The notes beneath the pieces are model-generated. The model had not been told where the DNA came from. It did not search any database and saw nothing but the letters and a program-made list of their open reading frames with translations. The position numbers and the translations under genes were made by a program. This document shows positions 1-14,068 of a DNA stretch of 64,000 nucleotides, in pieces. Numbering within the stretch: the first letter of the stretch is position 1; each line of letters starts with the position of its first letter. Source of the stretch: Podarcis erhardii (Eukaryota); NCBI GenBank assembly GCA_964252035.1, contig OZ176209.1; one strand, 5' to 3'.

Positions 1-1718
1 CATAGGAACCTTTCCTTGACAGGAAAACATCATGGAAATCAAGCCATGTTGTTTAAAGTGGAGCTTCTGCCTCATATACCACTCCCTCATTGTGTCAAGT
101 AGAGCATTGTGAGGATAAGAACCAGAATTTTCTGATAGACTGGAATAAAAATCTCCATTCTTGTAACATGTGGAAAAGAGGGGTTGGGCTCTAAGATTCC
201 CACAGAATTTCCTTTCTAAGATACAAAAGTGCCCTTCTCTAAAGAGTCTAATTTTATTGCAAAGTTTCCTTTATCCAAAGAGGTTTCTTAGGACTTTGAT
301 AGACTGAGCAACAGGTGGTGGTGGTGGTGATATTGCTCCTGTTGTTCGTTTCCCATTACTTTTTCTGTTTTAAGTTTTGTTTTTAGATGCTGTTTTATGA
401 ATAACATTGTGCATTGCTTCAAGCACTGTTGAATAAAACAGTGTACAATGCTGAGTAACAATATATCTTTATAAAAGTGTGAACCACCAGATTATCCTCA
501 GTACCCTGATTATAACAAGCATAAGGCAGCTCATATCATAACCTCAAGTCATATGAGGTATGTTGTTATGAAAAGTGGGTCATTACAAGCATCATAGGAA
601 CTTCGGTAAAGTTGAGAAACAGGGCATTATGTTGGATAACTAACATTTTTTTAAAAAAAATCTTTATCCTCTTTGGAGACCTCCTCTTTTCTTCCCAACC
701 TCTGTTTCTGTGCTTTTAAGGGCACATGCGGAGGAGGGACATAAGGTACTATTGTCAACAAAGTCTTTTATAGTTAGATCTCTGTTTGGAATAGTACTTT
801 TAAAGATATCACCAGAACTCTAAAAAATATATAAGTGAAAGGAAGAACGAAATGTACTGGCCATCTGAGGACAGCAATCGCTTCATCTCTTGAGTTTTTG
901 GAGGAGCTTCTTTTGGTTTTCTTTCTTGGATGTAAACCTAGAAAAGGAAAAGGTATGTGTTGGAAGCTCTAGCAATTGTAGGGTGTTGCTATTTCAGACT
1001 AGTATTTGGAAACAGTAGATTTTGGGCTGTACAAGTTGGTTTCTTGTGGACAAGAGCAGGAACTAAAGGTGAATTTAAGATTACCTTTGATTATATAATT
1101 GATGACATTTATAACAACATATGAGAACCTTATGTGAGTGTACGTTTAGTGCAGAATTTAAATTTGTTAACTTATTCCCCCCCCCCCCCATAATTGACTT
1201 ATGGCATAGTAAGAATATTTTCAGTATAGATTGTATGCTTTGCTTTTTTCACAAGCAATGTAGTTCCTTTAAAATCTGTCTGATCACATGAAATATTAGG
1301 CTGTCTAGCTAAATTTGTGGTGACATTCTATGCATTTCCTCCATGTGCCACATTCATTCTCCAGATTGTATCTGAATTCCTCGTAAAGAAGCAACTTCCA
1401 TTTAGAGTAAGCAAATGAGAATCAGTTCGCATGTTCAAAATAATTCTCAGTATGTGCAGCTATGTTGCTTCTGGAGTTTTGAACGTGAAGGTGTGAGTTT
1501 AACAGCCTTGAGAACACGGTGTAGAACTAAAAATCCAGGTCTTGGGATTTCAGAATTGTTTGCAATGAATTGGGAAATGAAGTTTTCAAATGCTTAGAAT
1601 TTACTGAACTTCAAATTATTACCAATAACACCTTGTTTTGACTAGACCACTTTGGGGGTGATATATAGCCCACATACTGTAATTGAAGGCAGAGTAATAG
1701 ATTAAACAGGTAATAGAG

Positions 1719-1841
1719 CAGGGTTGGGGAACCTGTTTGCCCATCAGATGATGATGCACTACAGCTTCCATCCTCTCCAAGCAGCATGTCACAGATGAGA
1801 GTCCCAACAACATCTGAAGGGCCACAAGTTTCCCATCCCTG
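1719..1841. mobile_element. Degenerate hAT-type MITE (~130-bp family)
   Basis: Ends cagggttggggaac / gtttcccatccctg are imperfect TIRs. Internal ctacagcttccatc...aacatctg resembles the copies at 31221 and 33518. Confidence 0.6.
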
Positions 1842-2725
1842 GTGCAAAATAAGACATTAAATTGGGCATTTTGGTTGAAAACCCCCCTAAAAAGATGAGG
1901 GAACTTTCTTTAATGCTTACAGATGCTCTTAAAAGAATGAAGCAAATCTATTCACAGCAATAGAAAAATATCAAGCAATAAGAATACAAAGCCATTAAAC
2001 TGAATTAAATAAAAAACAACCATGCATACATAGTGCAAAACCAGCAACAACTGAAACAAAATTCAAAATAATTTTGACTCAAAGATCTTCCCAGAGAGAC
2101 AGGACTGAACCTGACATATAAATATCCAAAGCATTGGATCCTGGATACTATAAGAAAGGAATTCCACAAAAGTATACGTTGTGTAGCAAAAATAAACAAA
2201 CTAACATTAATAGTCCAGCTTTTGTTGTATTGCTGATATTAAAATATAGAATGGGAGTATGTCAGAAATAAATTGAAATAATCAAGTTTAATCTTGAGAA
2301 AGTATACTTTTGTAAAAATGGAAGGTCTAACAAGAATTATAGGCCTTTTGAGAAAGAGTTTTCTAATGCTCTCAGCCATTATTTCAATCTGTATATGTTG
2401 AATCAAATCTCTGCAATACTGCAATATTTTATTTATTTAAAATATTCATACTTTGTTTCTTAGCTATAGTCACTGAGGCAGTTCACAGCATGAATTAAAA
2501 TAATATTAACAGGAAAATGCAGTGATCAAAAAACCTAAAAATCAACGTTAAAAAATAAGATAATACAGCAGTTGAATCCAATTTTAAACAGCCACAGATC
2601 AGAGAATTAAACCCCATCAAAAGCCTGAGACAATAGCAACATTAATATGCATGAAAGATGATATTTAAATACTTCAAGGGAATTTCATAGATGAGATGTT
2701 GCAAACAAGCAGTCTCTGTCCATGT

Positions 2726-2764
2726 TTTGTTTGTTTGTTTGTTTGTTTGTTTGTTTGTTTGTTT
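2726..2764. repeat. (TTTG)n microsatellite
   Basis: Direct reading. Confidence 0.95.
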
Positions 2765-4899
2765 AAAATATTTATATGCTGTCCACCTGCCAGATTTGCC
2801 CTATGGCAGATGGAGAAGATAAGGATCTCACCCTGATCTGAAACATACCAGAGCAGTTCACAGTACACAACACAATTCAAATTCATATATTAAAATATTA
2901 AAACCACAATAAATTTCCAACAACTCAAGCCAAAATAATTCAACCTGAGCTGGGAATTAACAACCAACAAATACCTGGCTAAGCAACTGGACTTCTAAGC
3001 AGGTGCGGAAAACTCATCAGAGTTGGCACCTGTCTTATTTTAAGTTGTTATTATTTATTAACTATTACTGTAGTTACTTTATCTTGCCCAGGGCAACCCA
3101 AAGCAACTCACAACGAACAGGTTGCCAGCTGCCTCACTTTAGGAGACGGAGCACTCTGAGCAGGGCCTCTGATGATGCTCTTAATAGGCATGTTTGCGTG
3201 GGAGCAGGCAGACTATCAAGTACCCCACCATTCTTAATCTGTTAATAGTAAACTCTAGGGACAACAGCCTATGCCACACTAGCAGATATTGTAGAACTTT
3301 CCCTTACCATTTTTGCCTGAAGCACCAGCACTCCCCGATTTCCTCCAAAGGCCTCCCTATTCCTCTAGAACAAGTTTTGTAGGTGTGCTGGAGAGGGAGA
3401 GGAAATACCATTTGTACAAGTGGAAGTCCATCACACAAGCAGGTTAGCAACACTAGATGTTACCCTAGGAATCCTAAAACATTCAGCAATTTTCTCATAA
3501 TAAACAGGGCCTCCCCCAAAGTTTAGTGAAAACAAATTAAAAATGGTCTTTTTCTCTCCACTCCTCCTCTCCCTAAAATTGCTTTTGCCTCATTGGGAAA
3601 ACCCAAATCATACTCAGCACAGCACAGTAGTAGACCCTGAGTCAAAAACTTCACCATAAGAATTCCCAAAGTAGAAGCAACCTACAGTTTTCAGTGCTAA
3701 ACTTCTTACAAAATGCAAGTGTGTGTAGTTTACTGGACCCAGGAGCATGTTTCTGTAGTTCAAGTAGTGATGATAGCCTTGAGTATATTTTAATACAGTT
3801 CTTTGAGCATGCAATTCTTTTGATGACTAGCACAGTCAACAAGCAGGGGCTAGAGGAAGTACATTCTCTGGTTACCAAACAGTTGTGCTAAATAGTGGGA
3901 TTGTGATAAACAGCTTCTGTTCTTTAATTGATGGCTGCTTGTTTGAAACCTGCTCTGCTCTGTTGCTATTTGTGGGTTGCATGTAAGTGTCAGTGGTGTC
4001 CCTCTTCTGGAATGCTCTGCTGTGTGCCTCAGGCCATATCTCTTCCATTCCTGAAAGTTTTCAATTTTAAGTGGCCCATTGCTTGTTAACTTTAAATTAC
4101 CATTGCTTAAATTGGAAGCATTGGAGATCCCAAATCTTGACTCTCATGACAAAAACAAAACCATGACAACTGCTCCCTTTGCAGCCAGGAAGGCTGCTCT
4201 CATACTCAGAGCTAAAAAAATTATTATGCTAAATAAGATGCAAAATAATGTGGCACTACAATCTTTAGCCAGACTGATAAGTGATGTGCAGGAATATGAT
4301 GGATGAACAAGTAAACAAGTCCAAATTCCACTAAATGCAGTTTTGGATAACCCAATATATGCTTCAAGTACAGAACATCCACTAAAGCCAAGGTCTGAGG
4401 TTACTTCTTCAGCCAATTTTTGCACTTTCGAAGATAAGCATGATACTCAATTAAAATGTTGCCTGCCTCTTCAGCAGCATGTTTTGCATTCTGTCACAAT
4501 GCTGTTATGACACTATAGGCATTTAGGAGCTTCTTATTATAGCTATTTTAGTTCCTGCTAAGTTTTTTCTGGACTTCTCCCAAGTTTCAACTCTTCACTC
4601 TAAGCTTGCCTTTGTAAATTGATGTCATTGTGAGGTGCCTCAAAATATTCGACATGCTTGTGCTCTATTCACATTCTCCTGGGATTATTCAAGGGAACTG
4701 ATGAAGTAGCCTATAAAAGCTAAACTTTCCATTTATTAATTTTCGCAAGACTCCTACCATTTCCCTTCAAAACTAAGTGAATATGGGCAGAATTTGCCAT
4801 TCCTAATCCATAATGCTTTAATAATAAGAAACAAACAAATAAGTATCAATTTGTAATTTATTGGGACACCTCTGTGAGGCCTCAAGTATTTTATAAAAA

Positions 4900-5440
4900 T
4901 ATTTAAAGACAGCAGCTTCTCATGCAATATCCCAGAGTGATGTACAACAAAATATACAAAACAGTTAAAATACAATTTAAAACCATACAGAATGATTATA
5001 AAAATAATCCACTCATCTTAAAAGCTTAAACCACTGACTAGGCTTGTTGACACAATAAAAGTCTTCAATACTTTTTCTTTAGGTTAGAAGTGAGGGTGCC
5101 TGCCAAATCCCTGCTGGAAAACCTGATTTCTAATCAAAGCCAGTTTGTTGTCCCACATGGTCCAGAAGCTTAACAGCACTCCATGACCTTAGTGATGGAG
5201 CTGTGATATAAGGGTTTAGGTTATCCTTAAAGGTATCCTAATTGTTTAGGGCTTTGTATGTAAATACAAGACCCTTGAACCTGGCTCAGTGGTATATGGG
5301 CAGCCAGCACAGATGTTTTAACAATGGTGTTGCATGCTGTTGCCTGCCTGACCCCGTCAGCAATCTAGCCAATACATTCTGCACTACCTGCAGCTTCTTA
5401 ATCAGGCCCCAAAGCAGCCAAACATAGAGCACATTGACAG
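4900..5440 (-). mobile_element. L2-clade LINE 3' fragment
   Basis: Minus-strand LQVVQNVLARLLTGSGRQQHATPLLKHLCWLP matches the L2 ORF2 C-terminal motif LQLVQNAAARLLTG..R..HITPVL..LHWLP. Confidence 0.85.
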
Positions 5441-5716
5441 ATGGATGAAGCCTGCTTGAAGCTGAGTTGCTACCACAGTCTGATGGCCCTTTTGTGCCAT
5501 GCCTAAAGGACCCAGGCCCCACCCCCCTGCCCAAGTCCAGACTCGGCCTGGTTCAGTGTTGGGTTGAGCAAAGAGTGATAACCATAGCCTTGTAGCCTGT
5601 TATCCTTTTTGTCAAAAAGGAGTAAAAAGGTTTCAACTTTTGCAGTCAAAAGCTCGGTAATCCTAAAATTTGGCAGCATGACTAGCAACAAGCATATTCA
5701 GAGGCTGTAGGAACCT

Positions 5717-5855
5717 AAGCAACTGACCCAAACTGAGTCAAACCATTGGGTCATCCCACCAAGTGCTTTCCACATTAGCTGATAGTGATCCTCCGGGGAT
5801 CTACTTGAGCATGGTGGAAACCCTTCATACAAAGCATGTACTCTCCCACTGAACA
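5717..5855 (-). mobile_element. Degenerate squamate tRNA-derived SINE (Squam2-like)
   Basis: taggaacc...ctgagtcaaaccattgg tail and atacaaagcatgtactctcccactga head match the reverse complement of the squamate tRNA-SINE. Confidence 0.55.
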
Positions 5856-5871
5856 AGTAATTTGTACAAAG

Positions 5872-5955
5872 CATAGAAGCATAGTATTTTAGAGCTGGAA
5901 GGGACCAAAAGGATATTCTAGTACAACCCCCTGCAATGCAGGAATCTTTTGCCCA
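5872..5955 (-). mobile_element. CR1 LINE 3' end
   Basis: catagaagcatag...gctggaagggacc...ctagtacaaccccctgc is the typical reverse-strand CR1 terminus. Confidence 0.65.
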
Positions 5956-7404
5956 ATGTTTGAAGCATTTGTCAACATATCCATTCTCATTGTGACTGTA
6001 ATTTCCATTGTCGTTTCTGTCACATTATAGATCCATTTATATGAACTTTGCACAGTCAGTGAGCATTGTCAGTGGAATGCAAGATAGTAGTACCCTTGTT
6101 AGAGCAGGGAGGAGTGAATTAGAAAACACATAATTGTGACTGAGCCAGGGAAGTTAGGAATTCAGAATGCTGTCCATCCAACATTCACCTGATAGTTTTG
6201 GCATGCCCTTAATGGTTACTCATCATCATCTGTAAAAGCTGTTGTATAAAATAATAATGAAGTAATAATGGCTTTCAGGGTTGCTTGGTGGATAAATGAA
6301 GTAAGGTTTGAAAGTACATTGCATATTAAAAGCCTTAAAATTACCAATAGACATGATTTTCTGTACAGACGGGTACAATACTCCATGAAGTTTAACTGTT
6401 CTTGCTTTAAAAAAATAGCATTTATTTCAGGAGGATACAAAAGCACAAATACAATATATTATATTATGTGCTTTGATAGAATTTCTTTTTCTTCTTTTTA
6501 ACTTTAATTTCATAGTAAATGAGTACCTTTAATGAAACAGTATCCTAATTAATTAATATTGATGTGCTAGTATTTGTATATTCCTTCAAGGGATACGCAA
6601 TTATTACCAGGCTTTCCACCAAACATACTGAAGCTTTGTTTCCTTCTCTTGTCTTAATTCTGACATGGCAGCAAAGAACAACATACAGGCACAAGCCCAC
6701 AGCCTTCAGAATTGAATGACAGCAGCCTGCCCTTTCAGCTTCGGCTCAGAAGGAGGGGCAAATTGTAAGGAGGCCCCTTTCCTCTGAGTCCTTGATCTGA
6801 GAGGAAGAATACCCCATTGCACAGTAAGGGAAAGAACTGGCCTTGGAGAATGTGTGACTCAGGTGTTCATTCTCTGTGCCTAATTTGTCTCTCCCATTGG
6901 GTCCTTAAAACTGTGAGGGGAAATATCCTCTTGCAATTTAAAGAGTGATGATGAATTGGAAGAATGGTCCTTGAAGGCATTATCTAAGCCAGTTCCTTCC
7001 TCTCACCCTCAAAGATGGGCTTTTTCAGAGGCCAAAGCTAGAAGAAAATAACCCTCCCCACCTTGTCCAGCCAACACAGTGCCTTTAGTGCTGCAGTTCC
7101 AGGGAGGAAGGTTGCTTGTTTTATTTATGCATTGAGCCCATCAACCTCCCACAATGGCTTCATGCATGAAGAAAATAAGAGCAAGCTCACACAGCTCAAG
7201 AGTGGCCAGGTATCAGGTGTCCTGCTTAATACTGGATGGTTTGGTTTTTCTAGAGCTTTCTGGACCCGTGTCCTCTTTTCCTAGATGTCTGTAAACCATG
7301 TTCAAGGAAGGGGGTTCTAAAGTAGTCAGTTGTCAGTGGCTTTTTCTTTTGTTAATGTAATAAATCAGAAAGCTGGCAGCCCTGCTGCTACTGCTGCCAT
7401 AGTG

Positions 7405-7450
7405 TACTACTACTACTACTACTACTACTAATAATAATAATAATAATAAT
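7405..7450. repeat. Compound (TAC)n(TAA)n microsatellite
   Basis: Direct reading. Confidence 0.95.
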
Positions 7451-7922
7451 AGCAGCATCTAATGCTCCTGGGAAATGCCAATACACAATGACATACTGTT
7501 GTTTCCCTTTCCTGGGACATTGTATGGAAAAGCAAATGGCTGACATTTGTCATTGGAATTGGAAAGGATGGTACATCATCATGTACACTTCCTTCCCAAT
7601 AGCATTTGTGTGTGTACCAACTCTCCACCATCCAGTCCCAGGGTGGGTTATGTACAGCTCCATACAACACGTAAAACCATGTACTATGTAAACATTGCTA
7701 AATCATAAATTAAATTGAATCAACAGCATTCAGAAAGAGTGACAACGTAACAATTTGTGCAGTGTGGCAGCAGAACTATGCAATTTCCCCTGTTTTCCCC
7801 TACCCCCTTTGTTATTGATGACGTCTCTCCATAAGTCTCTCTGCAGGAAATTGGCAAGTGGCTGGAACAACTCATTGCCTCCACCCCAAATGTCACACCA
7901 TGTGAAGGCTGCACATTCAGGA

Positions 7923-8092
7923 CAGTGGTTCTCAGCTGGTGGTCCATGGACCCCAGGGGGTCTGTGTAACCCACCCAGGGGGTCAGCGGCCCATTCACAT
8001 AACAAAAACTACCAGAGAGATACTAAAGTTTTCAACAGTAGGGGGTGCATGGCTTGGTTTTTGAAAAATGGGTTCTGCATTGGGAACCACTG
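7923..8092. mobile_element. hAT (Charlie-like) MITE
   Basis: TIRs cagtggttctca / tgggaaccactg. Degenerate 8-bp TSD attcagga / atttaaga. Confidence 0.8.
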
Positions 8093-10454
8093 ATTTAAGA
8101 GATAAATTGCAGTGTATATAAGCATTAGTCTTGGACCTGCAGAACTTGAGCTTGGATAAGTGCAGCCTCCCTTCCTGCTTAGCCAACACAAGGAGCCCTT
8201 GATTAGGATAACTATGAGTACCCCTTCCTATCATTTCTCTGCAAAATATCATTTTGTCAGTAGAGAAAGGCTGATTTTTCATTACTGGAAAGATAGTGAG
8301 TAGACGAGGATTTGGGCTCTGAAAACGCATTTACTGCTAGCCAAGTTTCACCAGCACACCCTCATCAAACAGATCCCTTTGATGGAAAGGATGGGTCTTC
8401 TGTTTCACCATCCTAATTCCAGGATGGAAAATGAGTCACTCATAGCAAGATAATAAATTGCCGCAAAAAAGTTGAGGTGTTGTACAGACACTCTGTAAAA
8501 AAACCCCACAAACCTGTTTTCAAAGTTCTTTTTATCACAGATTGGCGCAGAGAAAATAGAAAGTGTATTTCATTTTAAGCATAAAAGCTTTTTCTGTAAA
8601 ATACATTGCTATTGTATTGTGTATACATTAGCATCTTACATACAGAGAAAAATATATTAAGCTGCAAATAATAATAATAATATCCCCAAACAATTAAAGT
8701 AAAAAATGTTCTGGTAATTAACTATTATTTTTCACAAAACTAGTCTAATTATGTATCAGTCATGCTGAAATGAAAGGTCAATAACTACAGATGCATAATT
8801 TCCTTCTGATAGATTGCTGTTTGAAAATAGGTTTATGACAATTATGTGATTAATTTCCTTTTATTAAATAGCATTATGAAACTTCATGATGCATTCATCT
8901 GTTTATTACTGTTTCTTTTTCTGTTTAGTTAGAATTTAATGGTGGATGCAATCTAACCTCAGTAGAAAATCTAGATAGCTAGACATTGCCTTTTAAAATA
9001 GTCCCCGATTGCGTGTTAATTCTGTAGTGTCTGTGAATTCTGGGTGGTGAATAATCTCACACACATTCCTTTTCAGTCAACAACACCTCATCTGTATCAG
9101 AGCAAATCGGCAATTCATGTTCCCTGTGCTGGATAAGTAATAGTATTGTGCATTGTTTCTGAGAGGTGTATATTATTATTTCTCAATATTAGCTCCCAGC
9201 CTTAGTTTGGAGCTTATACAACCAAGAAGAATACAAAAAAGCTAAAGATTATGAAACACTTTACACAATAAAAGTGGTGTATAAAGTGGTGTTTAAACTG
9301 ATAGTATTTGCCTCCTTCGCAAACCTTGAATCTTTCTGTTACATATCAGCCATCTAACCGTAAGATGCTCTTTAACATGGTAAGTGCTCCTAGTTCTGAG
9401 CATAGAAAATGAATGGGCAGTCAAAAGAACTTATAAAAATATACATTTTGATTGCAGAATGAAAGATATGTTTTCGTTGCAATCATTCATCACTATATTT
9501 GTGAACTTCCCCTAATATTTCAATTGACTAATTCAGAAAGGCTACAAGAAAGATTTTAGCTGATAAATTAGATGGGGGAGAGATGTCCTATGTCTTCTTG
9601 AACAGATACTTTTGTTACATTGTCACCTTTTAAAGGAAACTTATAGAGCTTCCATAAGCGACTAGGGTTTTTTCCTCTTTAGAGAGCATTTAATGATGAG
9701 TGCAATCTAACCTCAGTAGAAAATCCAGGTAGCTGTGTTTGGGTTTATTAAATTTGTGTATCTCTTCCCACTAAAATGTGCCAAAGCGACTTACAATCAA
9801 CTAAAATATAGTAACTGATTACCTAGCTAGATCATTTTCTTTTAAAATGGTCCCTGATTACGTATCAATTGTATGGTACCAGTGGTGCTTAGGAAAGTTT
9901 GCTTATTTTATAATAAACATTATTGAACAGTGAGTTACAGAGGCCGATTCAGGATACCGTCTATTTATGTAGTTCCATTGATGTCTGTATCCTTTGAAGC
10001 CTACAGTCAGAAGAGCTACAGACTTGAATTGGCTTTTATTTGCAGTACATTTGCCAGCATTTCCAATTGTTCTGCAGAAGAAAGTTGAGAGCAAGGTGGT
10101 TTGAGGACTTGGACTCACTGGAAAAAAAGAGGGTGCCCTACGCCTTTTCCAGATTGGCTACAGTATTTCACAACAGAAAAATAAAAACACAGTACACATG
10201 CCACCAAATAAAATATATTTGAATTGAAACCACCATAGAAGACTGGTCCAGGTTAGCCAGATATTTATCAGAAGGAGAAAAAGGTGTACTGTAAGCCCTC
10301 TGAAAACATTTCAAATATAGTTGTAGGTCTCCTATGTGAGATAGGTGTATGACTTTTTTGCTAGCTCCACCAGACTCTTGTAAGATATGAATCAGTGCAA
10401 GCGCCTTCTGGTTCAAGAGTAGTTTCTGGTTTCAAGCAGTGGCCTATCAGTTGC

Positions 10455-11850
10455 CTTTCTTTTCTTTTTCTTTTTTTAATGCTTTATTAATTTTACAAAG
10501 AAAAACAATCACCAAAAACAATAAAAACTCAATACAAATTGCCAAGAAAAAAATTAGATTCATACATAACAGATTCCATTATGACTTCCAATCACCCTAG
10601 TGCGGTTTCTAAGTTACATTTTCGACTGCACACTTTCCATTGTATCTCCTAAAGTGTCTCAGTTGTAATTGGTTTTGTAAAATTTCCTACTTTCATGCAG
10701 GGGTCAATCCAGACCTGGCAAAGAATTTAGATTTTTACAATGTTCTTTTAGGTATACTCTGTAAGTATCCCATTTTCTATTAAATGTTTGTTCTGTAACA
10801 TCTCTAAGTCTTCCTGTCATTCTTGCTAACTGTGTATTCTAGCATTTTCGTCTGCTAGTAGGAATAGATTCTCCTTTCCATTCTTTTGCTATTAAGATTC
10901 TTGCTATTGCATACATAAAAATTCTCCTTAGACTTTTTGGAATATCGTTACTCATTATACCCAGCAGAAAGGCTTCAGGCTTTTTCTGGAAAGAAAATTT
11001 AAACATTTTCTGAAGCTCATTATATATTATATCCCAAAATTCTATTATTTTTTTTACAATTCCACCACATATGGATTATTGTGCCTTCCGCCTTTCTGCA
11101 TCTCCAACAAATGCTTGACCTGGTTTTATACATTTTAGCCAGTTTTGAAGGTGTTAGGTACCAATGGTAAAGTATTTCCATAAAATTCTCTTTCAAATTA
11201 TAGCATATGGAGAATTTCAAGTCCTCACTTCATAATCTTTCCCATGCTTCCATTTGAATGTTGTAGCCAAAATCTTTGGCTCATTGGACCATTACCGATT
11301 TTACTTCTTCCTCCTTGACTTCCCAGTCTAGGAGGAGTCTGTACATTTTAGAGAGTGGTTTTTCTTTAATTTCAATTAATTCTTTCTTGAATCTTGATAG
11401 CTCTGCGGAAAAGCCCTTCTGTTTGTCTTTTTGGAATGTCTCATTTAGCTGGAAATATTGTAGCCAGTCTGTTAAGTGGGTTTTAGCTTCAGCCTATTTT
11501 CCTTCTCTTCCAATAAAACTTTGCAAGTTGCCCAATTTCCTCTCATGTTTTTTTTCTTGACTGAGAATGCTTCTATCGGGGATAGCCACCATGGAGTTTT
11601 AGGTTCTAACAAGCCCTTATATTTAGCCCACACCATGTATAGCAATTTTCTTACCACATGGTTCAAAAAACCTTTGTGGACTTTAACCTTTTCATAGCCT
11701 AGATAAGTATGCCGTCCGTACCAATTATCAAATCCTTCCAGATCTAGAAAACCAGTGTTTTGTAACATCAACCATTCCCAGATCCAGGAGAGACGAGCCA
11801 CCTCATGGTATTATTTCAAATCCGTCAGTGTGCCTTTCTGGTCCACACTC
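10455..11850 (-). mobile_element. 5'-truncated L1-clade LINE (ORF2 C-terminus plus T-rich tail)
   Basis: Minus-strand HWYLTPSKLAKMYKTRSSICWRCRKAEGTIIHMWWNC (CCHC knuckle), PEAFLLG and YHEVARLSW. Frameshifts and stops present. Poly-T tail at ~10455-10480. Confidence 0.9.
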
Positions 11851-12681
11851 CCATTTTAAAGCCATCTAAACTAGTGGGACATATTACATTTTGAAGCAGT
11901 GAATTATATTTATGCAACAAGTTAAAGCTGCATTGTGTGAACATGCTTTTGCTAAGTCTGTCCTGAGCCTACTGTCAGTCAGCTTCATTAGATAACCCCA
12001 AGATCTCAAATTGGGGTTTGGCAGGGAGGATTGTCTTCATTTTCTCATTGTTGCTTACTGTAGTATTTGTCCACTTACATTTGCTTTTAAGCACTATTAT
12101 CTCTTTCATGCTATAAAATAGATTCTACAGACTCTTAATTACAGTTGATATCTTTACGACTAAACAACAACACCATCTTTCTATTCTATCCTCAGTATTC
12201 TGTCATGATAGCCCTATCCAAGCATCCTACCACTCCTCACACATGTGATTCTGGTTGTGCGAAAGGAGGCTTGGGTGCACACTTCCTGATCACCTTCCCT
12301 CCTTCCCTTCCCTTGCTGCCACCATTCCCACATCCCTTCACAGTGGTGTTGCACCAGAGGGAGTGGCTCTTTTCAGAGGTAACAAGACATTTGAAACACT
12401 TTTTTCTCTCCATCACAGACTGGGAGGTGCTCCTCCTATCCTGGCACTGTGATGAATAGCAAAAACAAAGCTTTCCTCCTTCCTTATTACAGTACTAGAG
12501 TCCCGGGGGACCTCATACCTTAGTACTTTGTTAGGAAGAAACCCTCCCTCCTAGGCTGAGTGAATGGATTAAGTGTGCCTGCCCTCTGGAATGTGAGAGT
12601 GTATTTGCTTGTCAGCCCCCAACTTCATTTGGTTGTTTGCTTGTCTTCCTGTTTGCCTGTATGTGTGGGTGTATATTCTAT

Positions 12682-12684
<3 letters not shown>

Positions 12685-12721
<37 letters not shown>
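12685..12721. repeat. (TG)n microsatellite
   Basis: Direct reading. Confidence 0.95.
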
Positions 12722-12722
<1 letters not shown>

Positions 12723-13661
12723 TGCATCAGTCCTGTGAATTTTGGCCACACCTAATGCTGGCATGTGGCCCTTGCAAGGTTGATTGAACCACACACAAAT
12801 TTCACTTGCCCTCTGACTGTCCAGTGCTTTGGGAATTCCTTGAAACCTACCTGTAATTTACCATTCTGAATATTTAGGAACACACTAGACATTATGTTAA
12901 AAGCATTTTTAACTAACATGCTTGAAACTGGCCATGATTTTAAAAGAAAGGAAACAAGTAGTTTCAAGCGTTCCTGATTCTTAAGCAGGATGGCAGATAG
13001 GGAGAGGAGCAAGTCTTTCCTCCCATGCACATTTCTCCTGAAAACCCCCCTCTGCTGCCAAGCCTATTGTTTGACACCAGAGAGTCTGTTTGCTGAAAAC
13101 ACTGGCTTGAGGGTTAATATTCGGTGGAAATATGGCGTAGGAGCAAAAGGATTTATTTTCTTTTAAAAACACACACACACCCTGGACAGTGTCTACTATC
13201 TAAAGAAAGAGAGATGACTAGTTCAGAGCATTCTATTTTGAATAAGCTTTTAATCCAGAAGTTATGCCCTCACTGTCACCTGCAACTTCCTTTCTCACTT
13301 TTCTACCTCACATTGGAGCATTAATACCACAAGTTCCACCAGAGACCCGTGGGGACCCCTCCATTTATTTCCCTCTATTGTGATGTTGTTCATTTATTTA
13401 TTTTTGTAGTGCTTTCTGTTTTTGAGTAGCTATTGATCATTAAGGAGACCTATCCTCTGATCCCATGAGTTTGATGTTGTTGTTTCCTTTCCCCATGAGC
13501 TGCTGTTCTCGAACTTTGTTTAAAAGCTTTCTGAGTCCCAATAACATACTGCACACCAGTTCAACAGATCTGTTGCTGAAACCTGTCATCTGTCTATTCT
13601 AAAAGCTCTCCTTTACAGACACCATATTGATTCTAGTATGGCATCTGTTTTCCCTCTGTCA

Positions 13662-13974
13662 GGCTGCATTCACACAGCAGATTATTCAGTTTTCCTGACA
13701 TTTCCCTAACTGCTAATTTCCACATTATATTTTAGCTTTCACACGACATAAAAACCACTTCCAGAAATATAGTGGAATATAGTTCAAGGTTAGCACTCAT
13801 TTCCATGTTATTTGCAGACTTTTTTTTTTATTCTAGAAGCCTGTTACATGGAAATGTGCAGTAAACGTGCACTGTATCCACTATATTTCTGGAATTGGCT
13901 TTTACATTCTGTGAAAACTAAAATATAATGCAGAAATTAACAGTTAGGAAAATGTCAGAAATACTAAATGGGCC
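13662..13974. mobile_element. Fold-back (palindromic) MITE, possibly PIF/Harbinger-type
   Basis: 13690-13808 is an imperfect reverse complement of 13846-13961. The left end ggctgcattcacac is Harbinger-like (inference). Confidence 0.75.
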
Positions 13975-14068
13975 TTTGACCTGATACAGCAGGGCTCTGC
14001 TTATGATAAATCGCAAGTTTTGTGGGCTATTGTACATGTTTTGACTGCACTACTTTTATTAGTATTTA

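Noticed and set aside
790-940. Antisense exon-like segment with a good acceptor (ccttttccttttctag)
   Set aside because: No recognisable protein in any frame and no supporting partner exons.
3614-4425. Protein-looking ORFs (KYTQGYHHYLNYRNMLLGPVNYTHLHF; hydrophobic 93-aa ORF)
   Set aside because: No family recognised, short, intronic. Consistent with chance.
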